Below, piece after piece: positions 23,125-35,610 of a stretch of 64,000 nucleotides of DNA. Origin of the DNA: Microthyrium microscopicum (taxonomy: Eukaryota); contig MU004235.1 in the NCBI GenBank assembly GCA_010405405.1, positions 1,564,538 to 1,628,537 on the forward strand, written 5' to 3'. The notes beneath the pieces are model-generated. The model saw nothing but the letters and a program-made list of their open reading frames with translations, did no database searches and was not told the origin of the DNA. The position numbers and the translations under genes were made by a program. Position 1 is the stretch's first letter; each line of letters starts with the position of its first letter.

Positions 23125-23991
23125 TCACACATGCCAATCCCAGCCCACCGCCAACTCAGGAGCAGTCTGTTGCAAGTCCAATCCCACAGTAAACAACGTT
23201 TCTCCCGCAGACATATCATGCTCAAAGTGCCCATTATATCCAAACACGTCCGCATAACGCTCTTTCTTATAGAATGTTTCTTCCGTAAAGTAAGGCTCTG
23301 TGTAGGAACATTCGATACCAAGAGCCTCAAGTTTGGACTGGAACCATTTCAAGGTGTGCCAGGGATAGATGAAATGTCTCTGCTCTTTGCTGCCTCTACA
23401 CAGGTATGGTCTCCATGGATTGTATACTATTTCTATCCTTCGGAATTTGTGGTTTGTTTTCGATGCTATAGAGGCGAAGTTGTAGATCCATGGCATGATC
23501 TTTAGATAGAAGTGGTCGAAGGGGACTTTGGCCCATTTTAAATCAATGGTAAACGCGATGGTCGTAAGAGTTGGTGTTATAAGTCTTCCAGCGGCGGCTG
23601 CTGGTGTAGGGAGGTTGTCGTATGGACCTCGGATCATGCAATTTCGATCATCATCGTTCTTAGTCTTCTGTTAGTATATTCAATATAAGTACTGTCCAGT
23701 TCAACATCTCAACGGGACATCAATTCACGCAGGCTTCAAGATGTATTTATCGTGAAATTAGACTTACTAGTGACTCTACTGAGGTCGTTCCATCGTGCCA
23801 ATTTGCCAGCACTTCCCAGGATATGTTTATGATTTTCAGTTGTTCGAAAGATACTAATGGAGCAGGACGCAGTTTCCCAACAGCCGTGAAGCCCTCGATA
23901 AGAGCTAGTTTAGTCAATGATCCACTGTGGTTCCTCAAAAGATCACTTAAGCTGAAAATAACATTCCGTCGCTGACATATGAGAATCCTTC
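23125..23991 (-). pseudogene. 5'-truncated tandem paralogue of the adjacent F-box-like gene
   Basis: Shares GSLTKL..GF, ISWEVL.NW.D, YDNLPTP, IMPWIYNFA, YNPWRPYL and YTEPY.TE..FY with 24312-26238. Only ~320 nt separate it from the upstream copy's stop codon, leaving no room for the N-terminal half. Confidence 0.6.
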
Positions 23992-24311
23992 CTAGAAATT
24001 AGCACGCATAGCACGCATCTATAGGCCCTCGAGTCGACTTTTAAAAGTTCGGCTTGAGCTGGATTTTCTTGGTGGAGGGGAACGATTTGAGTTTTTGATG
24101 TTCTTGATAAGTGTGCATAAACGTCAATATCGTGCAGGTTAATATGAGCTCCAAGAACAGAGCAATTAGTCTGACTGACAACACGAGAAGGATCAAGTCT
24201 TCCTGCGGGTACAGGCAATAGCGTGCCACGTTATTCATGTACTTGGTCTACCCTCTGCCTTAATCCATCACCTGCCCAGCTGGAGAGTTCCGAGAGAATC
24301 TCCCGATACTG

Positions 24312-26238
24312 TCATGACCAGTCGACTGTTGACCACGCAACTGCTAGCTCAGGAGCCATTTCTTCCAGGTGTTTGAAGATATCATCCAGCGAGTTGTCAA
24401 AGCGTTCCCACATCGGATGACCAACAAGTGCATAAGCTTCTTCCATATAAAACTCGTCCTCGGTAAGATAGGGTTCGGTATAAGTAAAAGTGATGCCCAA
24501 AGCATCAATTTTTGTTTTGAACCACTCCAGAGCTCGCCAAGGATACATGAACTCCAGACTTTGTGGCTGCTCTCTAAGGTATGGTCGCCATGGATTGTAC
24601 ATGATGTTCAACCGTAAGCCAGGCTTTCTTTTAGCTGCGTTGGTTGCAAAGTTGTAGATCCATGGCATAATCATTGCACAGAAGTCAGAAAATGGGACCT
24701 TGGCCCTGAAAGTTATCAGTACAAGATAACGATGGTGATAGTGGTTTTGGTTGTCCACTTCCATTAAGAAAAGGGTGAAAGTGCTTGTATCGAGGGATAG
24801 TCTTACCACGTTGTATCAATTGGAATCTCAATAGTCGTGATGGTTGGCGTGATAATTTTCTCCACTACGCTTTCTGGCGTTGGGAGATTATCGTAGGAAC
24901 CCGCAATGTAGCCATATTTGCTATCATCAAATTCAAGCCCCTATGAATGTGGGCCAAGGCAAATATAACGCGTTCACACGCCGGCCCGGGTGCCCGACAA
25001 AATTGGCCATCTCCAATTAAGAATAACGAACCATCGCTTCATGATTTCGCGAGATATTTCAAAGATCTCGGCAAATCATGACGCACGACTAGAAGAAGGT
25101 AGTCAGTCTTACCAGTGATCTTACTGGTGTAAGTTCGTCAGACCAATTGACAAGTACCTCCCAAGATATGATGATGGTGTGCAAACTTTGATAAAAGATT
25201 AGAGGATTTGGGTCAGGCAATAAATCATGGAAGGTTGCGAAACCACCAGCCAAGATCAGTTTTGTTAATGAGCCCTTCTGGCCGCTCACAAGATTCGCAA
25301 TACTCTCGTTCCACGCTCTTATAGTGTTGTCATCAACTCCTGAGTTCTCGCTAGGCCCGGCAAATCCCATCGTGGTACAACCCATAGTGAAATGTTGCAA
25401 CTGATCAAACTTGAGCACATTCATCGCTCTCTGGAGATTCTTAAAGCTTCCAGGAATAAAGCTTTCGCCATACCATATCAAGTCTAGATGCTTAAGCGCG
25501 GGCATAATCCTAGAAGTCGTTAGTGTAAAAACAATGACGAAGCGACGCCGGAACATCTGACTGAGTTTCATAACCCGGAAAAAGATTCTACAATGAGTAC
25601 TTGGATACAAGGCAAACTTACCTGAACATTTGCTCTAGCATCAAACATCCCGTGCGCAAATGTTGTGCGTAAGACTCAGCGTTATTGAAATCAAAATCCC
25701 ACATCACACTCAGGCATTCAAGTCTCTCGAAACTACCCAAGAATTGCAGAAAATGAGCGGCTTCAACGGTTGACAACCTACCATCGCGCTCGAGAGGTTC
25801 TCGAGGAGGACCTGCGTCAAAGTCAAGGCGGAGCACTCGACAAAAGGCGTTCAGACTTGCTAAATTGCATTTTTGCCGGTTGATCCATGCCGGAGCTTGG
25901 AACTCGCCCATGATATGGAATCGAAAGCTGTTGTATATCATTGGAATCGTAAGGCTGTAAAAGCGTTTGCAAACGCGCGCGAGCACGAAAGCCGCGGATT
26001 TTTTATACTTGTCACAGTCACATGTGCGAGTTCTCCAATCACAACTAGTGTGGACATCATCCCAAGAATCCGTAGTTCTTAGAGATCGAGAGGAATTAGA
26101 TGGTGTAGTTGTGACGAATGTAACAATCCAGAGCAGGAGTTCGTCAGGAAGGCGAAAGATCCAGGCATTTGGCGGTTGGGTAGTAGGCCTAGCGATAAGT
26201 TCTTGCGAACCACTGCTCGCCTCGAGATCTTGTGGCAT
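24312..26238 (-). CDS. F-box-like protein (multi-exon)
   Basis: F-box-like start IFRLPDELLLWIVTFV ... LARVCKRFYSLTIPMIY. ORF segments are joined by GT-AG introns, e.g. 24806-24706. Confidence 0.72.
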
Positions 26239-27061
26239 TTTGTACTAGAGGGTACTTCTGATAGCGAAGCTCAATTCTTTTGTTGTGCTGTGGGTTGCGG
26301 GAATCAGCTCAATACAAAGTGCCATTCATATCGGTACAAATATACCCGTACATGTTGCGGTTCAATATTCCGAAATCGTTGTCGTTGTGCACAGATAGAA
26401 GCTGATGGCGAGGTCGCTCGATGCTGATGGAAGTGGGCGATGGCCGGTGGTACTGGACTACTGGTGGGTAAAAGTGTTGCACCTTCCAAGAACAATCATT
26501 GCTCCTGCCATTTACAAATAAACAACATACTAGCGTAAACTTTACTTTAACTCCCTTTGTTAAGACACCTCCCCTCGATCGCAACATTTGTTCCATGGTA
26601 TTACTTTCATTTTTAAGCAGTACTTCTGCACCTACTCAGTTTGCGCAAGAGGTGGATGAATGACCGTCGTGGAGCATTTTGGGTACCTTGAGAAATTGAG
26701 TGCCATGCTTGAGCATTCCAAATTATTCTAGCAAAGGGTAATCAATTGAGCTCCAATAGCTTAAGTGAGAGAAATTTTTACCACCTGCAGAAAAGTGATA
26801 TTGTATAAACAGCTTAGGCAAAAGCGCATTAATTATGTTTGTTTTGTCTATTATAGTAATCAGATTTAGACACTTTCCATATTACCACACCAATTGCTGA
26901 ACCTTCATTCGCCGTCAGCCAAAAGAACCGAAATCTATATGTTAGGCGACATAGCACCATTTTTTGAACAGTCCGGACAATACCAGGACATAAAAATAGA
27001 GCGCCGCTCATGTCAAAACGCCATATTATGCGAGATCAAACGCTCAGAACACGAATCAAAC

Positions 27062-27686
27062 TTAGACAGCCTGCTTGAGATATCCACCCATCTTGCCGTG
27101 CTTGTAGCGCAGAGTAGGTAGTAGGACAGCTGAAGTAGCAAAGAGGATGGTGAGCGCGATGCTGAAGCCCCAGATAGCCTTGGTCTCAAAGCAGTTGCTC
27201 TTGTTCATGCCAGTCCAAGCCTCAAGTGGAAGAAGACTGCCAGGCTTGTTGAGGTTGGAGAAGAGATCTTCTAGCACTTGGCCGTCGGTGGTGCGACCCG
27301 GGAAATAGCAGTTGACATAGGAGAGTGGCTTGCCGACGGTGACGGATACGACGATCCAGGCGAGGAGGATGAAGAAGTCGAGGCCGGCCATGATGTAGAG
27401 ACCCATGTTGGCAATGGCCCAGTAAAAGGCTACGCTGACGAGTGTGTATAGTGTGACGATTGCAGTCTAGAGCAGTCAGTTTGGTTGAATGGAAGAGATA
27501 AGAGAAACATACGATGCTGATAGTTCCAACTATCTCTCTTGAGGGCTCGTGATCAGCCATGACCATTGCATTGATGAAGTTTCCCGTAAGTCCAAGGATG
27601 ACGATCAGGCAGATGAGCTGTAGAACGCGAACACCGAGGAAGGTGGCGCTTAGAGGAGCGGCTCCGTAAGATGGAATGGCAACCAT
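27062..27686 (-). CDS. MARVEL-like four-TM membrane protein (one intron)
   Basis: MVAIPSYGAAPLSATFLGVRVLQLICLIVILGLTGNFI..., DFFILLAWIVVSVTVGKPLSYVNC and CFETKAIWGFSIALTILFATSA. Confidence 0.8.
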
Positions 27687-28951
27687 TTTGGGTGTTGTAG
27701 TAATGAATGAACTGATTTGTGAGGAAACCGATAAAGTTGAATGACCGATTGGATTTGGAAAATGAAGGTATCTGCCGGCAGATATTATGCTGCGATATGC
27801 TTGTAAATAAGGGGAAAAAATGCAGAAAAAAAGACCCAAGACTAAGGAAATGACTCAAGGAAATTCGTGAAAACTTTTGAAGATGTGTATGATTATGGTT
27901 ACGACTGAATGGCAAGATCTTAAACTCTTAAATACCAGATCGTTGATGGCCATTGCTCCCAACACTCTTGCGCTATTGTGCTATCCATCCAGACTTACAA
28001 AAAAAGAAAGAAGGCTGAAACATTCTATTTCTGTACTGTGTTACCTGTCTAAGGTTTCAGCATCTTGAAAATTCTACGTCTCAGAAAATGGATTCCTCCA
28101 ATAACTGCCAGTAACTGGCAGGCAAAGGAAGTCCAAGTCCCTGGGCCGTTGAATGAGGCTGAAGCTGGTGTGGATTTGCTGGCGGCTACAAGATTCGTGG
28201 GACCAAGCGCCGCCCCCTGCAACCACCACTCACCTCTCACCATCATCAAGACAGCGCTGATTCTGGACAAGCTGGCTTGGCGAACTGCAGAGAGGCTCTG
28301 CGTTGTAGGCCTCTTGATGCCACTGGTTCGCAATGCTTGAAGCGATTTGAAGATGGGCTGGCGATCCTACAGCGGGTCGGAAAGGGAAGGCCTTTCCGCT
28401 GCCGCTCGTGGCCAGAAAGACTGGTGCTGAGCTTGGCCATCGTTTGACAGTGGTACCATCGACTGATGAGCTGATGTCATTGCATAAGTTTCTTTGCTCT
28501 CATTAAAGATGACGGAGTCTATTCTTGTGTTGTGGTTGAAGGAAGATGAAGGTCCATCCACTTCACGTTCTAAGGTCATTAGTCAGTCTAAACAGACCAA
28601 TCATATCCTAGCACCGCTCATTTTAGATCAGATTTTACACCAGATCAGATATTACTGTCTGTATACTGGCGCTCTTCCACATCGTTTTTAGAATAGACGA
28701 AAGATGCGGAACAATACCTACAATTCAAGGTCGAATCCATTACTCTGTGCTTCCAAATATTGGAAGTTTGGATTAACAATGGCCCTATCTATGCTTTTTG
28801 TGGCTGAAGATTGGCCAATCCAATGGCACAAAACAAACGGACGCGTTGACCTTCTTGTAAGTTCAGAGAGCAGACTGATTACTCTCATGATGTAAAGCTC
28901 GTCATTGTCATAGAGCAAAGTAAGTCTCGCCTTGAGCAAAGCACAAACACG

Positions 28952-29660
28952 ATGTCCCCTTCACCAGATTCCATCCGCGAGCTCGAGCCTTGCTACCTAG
29001 GCAAAGGTTGCAGTCTCCGCTTGTTCGAAGACGACTCCAAGGAGGGCCCTACGAAGCCAAATGGACCGAGACAGCCTACGATGGCGCTGAGGACTCAGAC
29101 GTGCTCGAAGTGCCCATGCACTTGCACGTCGAGCACGACGAGTACGTGCAGATACTCGAAGGCCGGATGACAGCGACCATCAATGGCAAGGCGACTATTC
29201 TAGATCCCAGTAAGGGTCGCATCACCATACCGAGGAGTGATACGCACGGATTCAAGGTTTTCAAAGGCGAGCAGATGACTGCCAAGGAGTGGTCGTCTCC
29301 GGCTGGTAAATACAAGGAGCTGTATGTTGTAAATTGCCATCGCTTTGATAGAATGATGCTGACAAGAGGTGGATTCTTTCGAGATATGCTGGGAGGCGAG
29401 AGCTTGCCGGGCTTTTGGGGTAGCCTGCGGGCGTTCCTCAGTCATGATGCGTATCCTTCTCTCTGCTTCAAGATGCTTGATCGATTGATGAGTGAGAATG
29501 TCTTTCCTCTCTCGACCTGCTGGGGTGCTTATCGTGCGATAAGTCTCTTACTGTGCCTGGTGGAATCGCAAAGCTGTTCGGTCTTGGGAAGCAGCGTCGG
29601 CCAGGAGCAAAAATGAAAATCTCTGCGGTGCTTGTGTGTGACTGCCTTTGAGCTCCATAT
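28952..29660 (+). pseudogene. Cupin-domain gene with an apparent frameshift near 29045-29050 (pseudogene or sequence error)
   Basis: The ATG-28952 frame (MSPSPD...KEGP) continues only in another frame, which carries the cupin motif PMHLHVEHDEYVQILEGRM...IPRSDTHGF. The downstream intron acceptor also looks damaged. The 3' end is approximate. Confidence 0.6.
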
Positions 29661-29877
29661 GCTTCAGCTGATCGTAGATCGATCCGTCTCAAGAGATGGT
29701 TTTCGTCACTATGGCTCAGTCTGAGAATAAACCAACTTGAACACATTACCTTCCTACACCACTACTTTGTTATTCTTGGATAGCAGTGAACCTGAAATAG
29801 ACCTCAGAAGTCGACTTCAAGGTTTCGTAACATATGGTGGTTAATCATCAAACCACTGGTCAATACCAAGCAAAAGC

Positions 29878-32003
29878 TCAAGCAATAGTACTGTAAAGCA
29901 ATACCTCAGCGCATGCCGTCAGGAAATGTTTATGGCTCATTACAAACTCCCACAAAGAAGTCTCCGACTTGGTCAACAGCTCGTACGACAGATCATCTTG
30001 ATCTATTGTAGCATCTGTCATAGAACCTAGATCTTTCTGATCTCGGCGAAATAGAATTTGATCGTCATGTTCATCGTACTTCTCATCAGGAAAGTGTCCG
30101 CGGGCATAAACTTGCAGACTGGGCAGTCCGGACGAACTGAACGCCCAGTCGATTATGTCGACCTCGTCTTCCAAATCATTAGGTCGACCGTAGACCCTCG
30201 GTGGTCTATGATGAAGAATCTTGAGCTTGTGGAGAGACTTGTGATTTTGATGGCAGATAACTTCCTAAAGCCAGTTACCATTAGTAAATGCATGGGAGAG
30301 GTTATATGTACTTACCAGTGTTGGTATTTCGCAGCAAAGACCCAGAAGCTCAATGTTGTCAAGCCGATTTCCCGATAGCCCTAAACAAATCGCATCATCA
30401 TTCCCCATTTCCCAGCATTGCGGCCGATCAAGGATGAGCGATTTCAAGGTTGAACGGTGATGAAACACTGAATCCCAGAATTCTTGCCTAGGTGTGATAG
30501 CATGGGATACAAAGAGTTCTTTCAGCCCAGAGAATGACTTCAAAAAGCGTATTAGGGGTCGATCGGTTTCATCAAGTGTAAGTTCTCCTGGCAGCGTCAA
30601 CTCCAGGGAGGTTAGCCTTACAGGTAATCCTGAAGATGCTAGGAAGTCCAGTAATGCGAGGCTTCCCAAACAGTTCAGTAGTTTCAAGCTTTGCAATTGG
30701 CATATGGAAAATGTAGGAACGACATTTTTAACATCTTTGAACCAAGGAGCTGAGGAGAGAGACAGCTTCCGGAGTGCCGGAAATTCCAGCGGAGTCTCAG
30801 GTGTAATCTGTAATGTTCTCAGGAGAAATTCATTGTCTGTGCTGCTGAGCAGACCAGCTTGGACATGATCAACCGCCAGGGTATTGCAATGAAGAGCTAG
30901 CTCTATTTCTTCAAGTTTCCTTGCGCTGGACCTTAATATCTGCGAGACGGTCTTTGAAAGCCTTTGGTCATCTGAGGTCCATGAAATATATCGAAGCTGG
31001 CTCAAACCTCCGAGTTGATGAAGATCCGGTAGATCTGGATCTCTACAAAGTCCATCTACTAATATGGTCAGGGAGCTGAGTTGTCCCTGCCTGCTAGAAA
31101 TATTTTGTACGACTTTAGGAGGTATGCAGGTACGCCACACCCAGCTATGTTCTGCATTAGTCAAAGCTCACATTATCAAAAGGAGAGACAAACCTGAACG
31201 TGTGGAGCTGGTTCTCTGGAATAAAGTCAAGGAGAGGAGATATCATAGCGTTTAAATCCTCAAGAAAAGCTTCGTGGATGTTGGCTGACAGGCCCGCAAG
31301 TCTTCTATTTCTGTACGTAATTTGAGCAAGACCAAGATCTTCTTCGAATCCCTCATATGCGTCGTTCTCTTCTTCCTCGTAATTTTCGTCCGAGCGGCCA
31401 AATATCCAGTGGGCCGGTTCATCATCCCCATGGTCTTGAACTTGTCGACCACAGGGACAGCGGGGTCTGCTCGTATCCTCTGGCGCGAGTGACGCCACAA
31501 AACTCAAGCGTTTGACGTGGATTAAGTTCCTTCTACTTTCATCGAAGATTGAAAGCCCCAATGACACAGGGTTATTCTCATATGGATATGCAGGACGTAT
31601 GGTTACCGCAGTATATAACCTGGGTATCACAAGCTCACTGAAGCGTCGCGAAGTCAGAGCTATAGCTATCACCTCCTCCCTTTCTTGAATCTGGATTGAT
31701 TGTTAGTTTAGTGTCCTCTTCCAAAGTTGCTTTCAGCTGTTGTGCGATATATCTGGCGTGCTCCCATCGGGTATGATATTCTATCGTGCTTTAGCGCAAT
31801 TAGTCACTAGCCTCTAGCCTCCCGACGCCTTCAGGCTCGTCTTTGGTAGCCGAGTACTCGATCATAGCATGCGATATGCCCAGACGCAGATATCGCTATG
31901 CGAGCACGCCGGATACGTCGTCAACCAGTCCAAAGCATTGACGTACGTCTTGGAAGATCTCTAGCAGGATCTCTGGTGGAAGTGACAGTATCGACGTAGG
32001 CAT
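29878..32003 (-). CDS. F-box / leucine-rich-repeat-like protein (multi-exon)
   Basis: First exon MPTSILSLPPEILLEIFQD with a GTACGT donor, then IALTSRRFSELVIPRLY and LxxLxL repeats (LRKLSLS, LQSLKLLNC, LTSLELT, LKELFVS). Confidence 0.78.
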
Positions 32004-34583
32004 GATGGATGTTGGTGGAAGTCAAGATCAATTGCGAATAAGTCGACGAAGTAGAACTAGAGAGAACTTGAAAGGAGTCAAAACTGGCGACATAATTCCT
32101 GCTTTGAAAGACGTTAGTTGAGAGTGCAGGGGCTACAGAAAGCTCCGTGCATCTTGCTGTCTAGGGGCTGGTTGAAGCTGAACAGTCAGTTAAAGGTAAA
32201 CTTCACGTCTTCTGACTTCTCTTGACTCTTCCCTTGCAAGTTTCATCCCATGATTGCATCAGAGAGACAAATTTTTTCTCTCTCCACATATATCCTACAG
32301 GTCACAATACTTAAGACTTGTTTGGTAAGCAGATTATCTTTATGCTAACTCTGCACCTGCACTCGACTCAAGAACAACAATTGCTCTGCAAAACCAGCTG
32401 CAATAAGGTTCTTACGGAACCTGAAAGAGAAAATCCGGTGATAGGTATGGTGTTGAGGAAGATCCGCGAGCGTGTGGCGTAACCTCAAAATATGCAGGTG
32501 GACCCAGCAAATTCGCTCTGCAGCCACGCGCGCATCCGCCGCTGTTGACTCCAGAGTCCATACGAAGCTAGAGAGATGAACATGCGAATCCTTCCTTTAC
32601 AGTACTGGACTAAAATACTCATTGATTTAGAAGTGTTAACTAAGGCAATCATTAGGCACTCGTAATGTATCATGTAACAGCAGAGGCTATTCATTCTTAA
32701 ATTATTCAGCATCAAGCCTTCCTGCCGTTGATGTTACAAACTTTCTTTGAAAGCCAACCAGTGGATAATCAACTGGTGCCCCCATCAACTTAGAGGCTCT
32801 CATGAACACTGCTAAACAAAAGATGCTGTATTTTCCATCGCGTTCGATAAACTATGCTAGTAAGAACGCCCTTTATGGGAAATAAAGCACTCGATAGCAA
32901 ATCGTGTCATGTGGAAGCCATCGAGCTCGATGGGAGCACACCAGTTATTTTGTCCTTAGCTTGAAAGCTAAGCACTTCGACTCGTGATGAGCCTCGGGCT
33001 CGCTAGTGGAGAGGGTCGGCAGGCCATTTGGAGTACCTTCGGATCGCGATCTAAGGGTACTTAGAAGGCGTTTTTACTCCTTAAATAGGAATAGCACGTA
33101 AAAGAATAAAAGTTATTTTTACTAAGTAAAATTAACTTATACTCTACTTTTATTTCTTATCCTAACTTATAATTAACCTATTTTAGAATAGCGCTAAAGT
33201 TAAGTTAATATTAAGTTATTATAGATATTATAAATATTAAAGGACTATATATTTCTATTCTTTTAAATATAATAATATTATCCTATTTAAATTTATATCT
33301 TCTATTAGTAAAGATACTAAGAACCTAAATTATTTAATCTCTATATATATATTTAATAGCTTATACTAATATTAATTCTATATTAATAGAGTTATTAATA
33401 GAATTAATATTATTCCCTTTATTACTACTAGAATCTTTTAAGGAATCTTAGAGTAATATAGTAATAGCTAATATATAAATTTAAGAATCTTAAGGCTAAG
33501 AATAAACTTAGGATTACCTATAGTATACTTAGAATTAATAAGTTAAGGAATCTTAGCTTTTTAAAGATTAGTATTAAGAACTACTTTAGAAATTAGTATT
33601 AATAAGTAATTATCTAGGTACTCTAATACTAATAGCTTAATTCTACTTTTATTAGTATCTTATTACTTAAAATACGTATATATTACTTCTTAATATAAAA
33701 TATATTTTAGTTATATCTAGTACTTTAACTATAAGTTAAAGATATAAAATTAAATAAATAAAAGATAATCTTTATATAGTAGTAAATTATACTTTTTAGA
33801 ACTATAATATTTATAGTAGTACTAGTAGTAATTAATTATTTAATTAGATAAGTAGATTTTAGGTTTAAACTACTTTAGCTTTCTATACTATAATTAGTAT
33901 TTAGCTTAATAAAGAACTCTTTTAGGGTACCTTAAAGCATACTATTAATAAGGCTATAAAGTAATAGTAAGATAAAGTTACTAATAAATACTTAAGCTAT
34001 ACTATTCTATATAATAAAACTTAATAAGCTTTAAATAGCTTTATTAAGGTATAGAATAGTTATAAAGTATATTTAAAGAAGAAAGAAGCTATTAAAGAGA
34101 AATTTAAAGTAGGTTATTTAGAATCTTTATAGATAAAGGACGCTTTAGTAATAGAGATAGGTAAGAAGAAGCGCTTCTTAGCTACTCCTACTAATATTCT
34201 TATTATTATTAATAAGGACAATATAGTAGAAGTAGAGTCTACTAACGAATTAGTTATTAATCTTAATAGTCTTAAGGAAGAATAAACTAATTAGGCTAAA
34301 GATATAGCTTAGTCTAATAAAGATATTAAAGAAATTCCTTCTCTAGCATAAATATCTACCTTACTAGTAATTCTTAGACTTATAATTATTACTAATAATG
34401 TAGTAGTAGTAGTAAAGACTTATAATTAATTAGTTTAAGTCTATAAAACCTAAAATTACTCTATAAAGAAGAAGACTATAATAGATATTATATTTTTAGC
34501 TATAGATATATTAGCTAATATTAATAAAAAGATTAGGTAAAGAGATAATATTAAATAGCGTATTATAAATAATAATAATATTA

Positions 34584-34616
34584 GTAATAGTAGTAGTAGT
34601 AGTAGTAGTAGTAGTA
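34584..34616 (+). repeat. (TAG)n microsatellite inside the RIP block
   Basis: tagtaatagtagtagtagtagtagtagtagtagtaa. Confidence 0.8.
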
Positions 34617-34984
34617 AAGAAGGTAAAGTTATAGGCCTAAAGGAAGAGGTAAATAGATTATACTTAGAAATAATAAAGATAAAGGAGTTATTAAAGAGTC
34701 TTATAGATAATAGACGTTAGTAAGAGTATTCTAGTATTCTTTATATAATTTAGTAGTAGTATTAGAATATAGTTTTTATATAAATCTTATAATAGATACT
34801 AAAAGCTTTAAAAGTATATAAAAAGGTTAAATAATTAGCTAACTCTATTTTATTAACTTCTTCTCTTTTAGTAAGAATATCTAACTTTACTCTATAATTT
34901 TAATATCTTTAATAAATACTATAACTATTCTATACTATTTAAACTATACTCTTCTAGATAATATATAAGTAGTATAATACTATT

Positions 34985-35610
34985 AAGATATAAATATTAA
35001 TATACTATTAGTAAATTAATTTTAAATTATATACTAATAACGTTTCTATAAAAATAGGTTATATAGTTAATAAGTAAGAATAATACTATTATATATACTC
35101 TAACTAGTATTAATCTTATCTATAAACTAAAATAATAATTAGAGATACTTCTCTTAAATAAATCCTTTATTCTACTAAAATATTACTTAATTAATACTTA
35201 CTTTTTAGTAGCTATTTTATTAAAATCTCTTTAGTATAGTAGAAGGTTTCCTTAGTATAGACTTATTATTAGCTTATTTAAAAGATAAGTAGCATTACTA
35301 TAAAGCATATATTTCTAGTAGTTACTAAATATCTATATTCTAGATTAATATATTATAATAACTTTATAGTTTTATAACTTTAACTAACTATTTAAATATA
35401 ATTTAATAAGTCTAATTAAATTAACATTTTAGGATTATTTACTATACTAAGATAAGGACTATTAATAATAAGTATTATTCTATTAAGGAAATAAACTACT
35501 TAGAACTTTAAATTATATTTCCTTTTATATCTTCTATATAAATATTTTTAAATCTAATCCTCTAGCTTTAAAATATTAATATAGGTACTATTAATATAAT
35601 CCTAAAAGAT
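34985..35610 (-). pseudogene. Catalytic core of a RIP-mutated Harbinger-type (DDE_Tnp_4) transposase
   Basis: The minus strand reads F*DYINST, Y..YKRKYNLKF*VVYFLNRI, LYSNATY, FNKIA.KK*VLIK*YFSRI and LLINYITYFYRN. Reversing C>T/G>A changes gives WGYIDGT, HDLKFQAV.FPDG, LYGDAAY, RVSIEQYFG and LLTNCITCF.GN, in the order expected for a DDE core. Confidence 0.85.

Noticed and set aside
33052..33066. TAA-GGGTACTTAGAA as the left TSD/TIR of the Harbinger element
   Set aside because: No convincing reverse-complement partner found at the right boundary.
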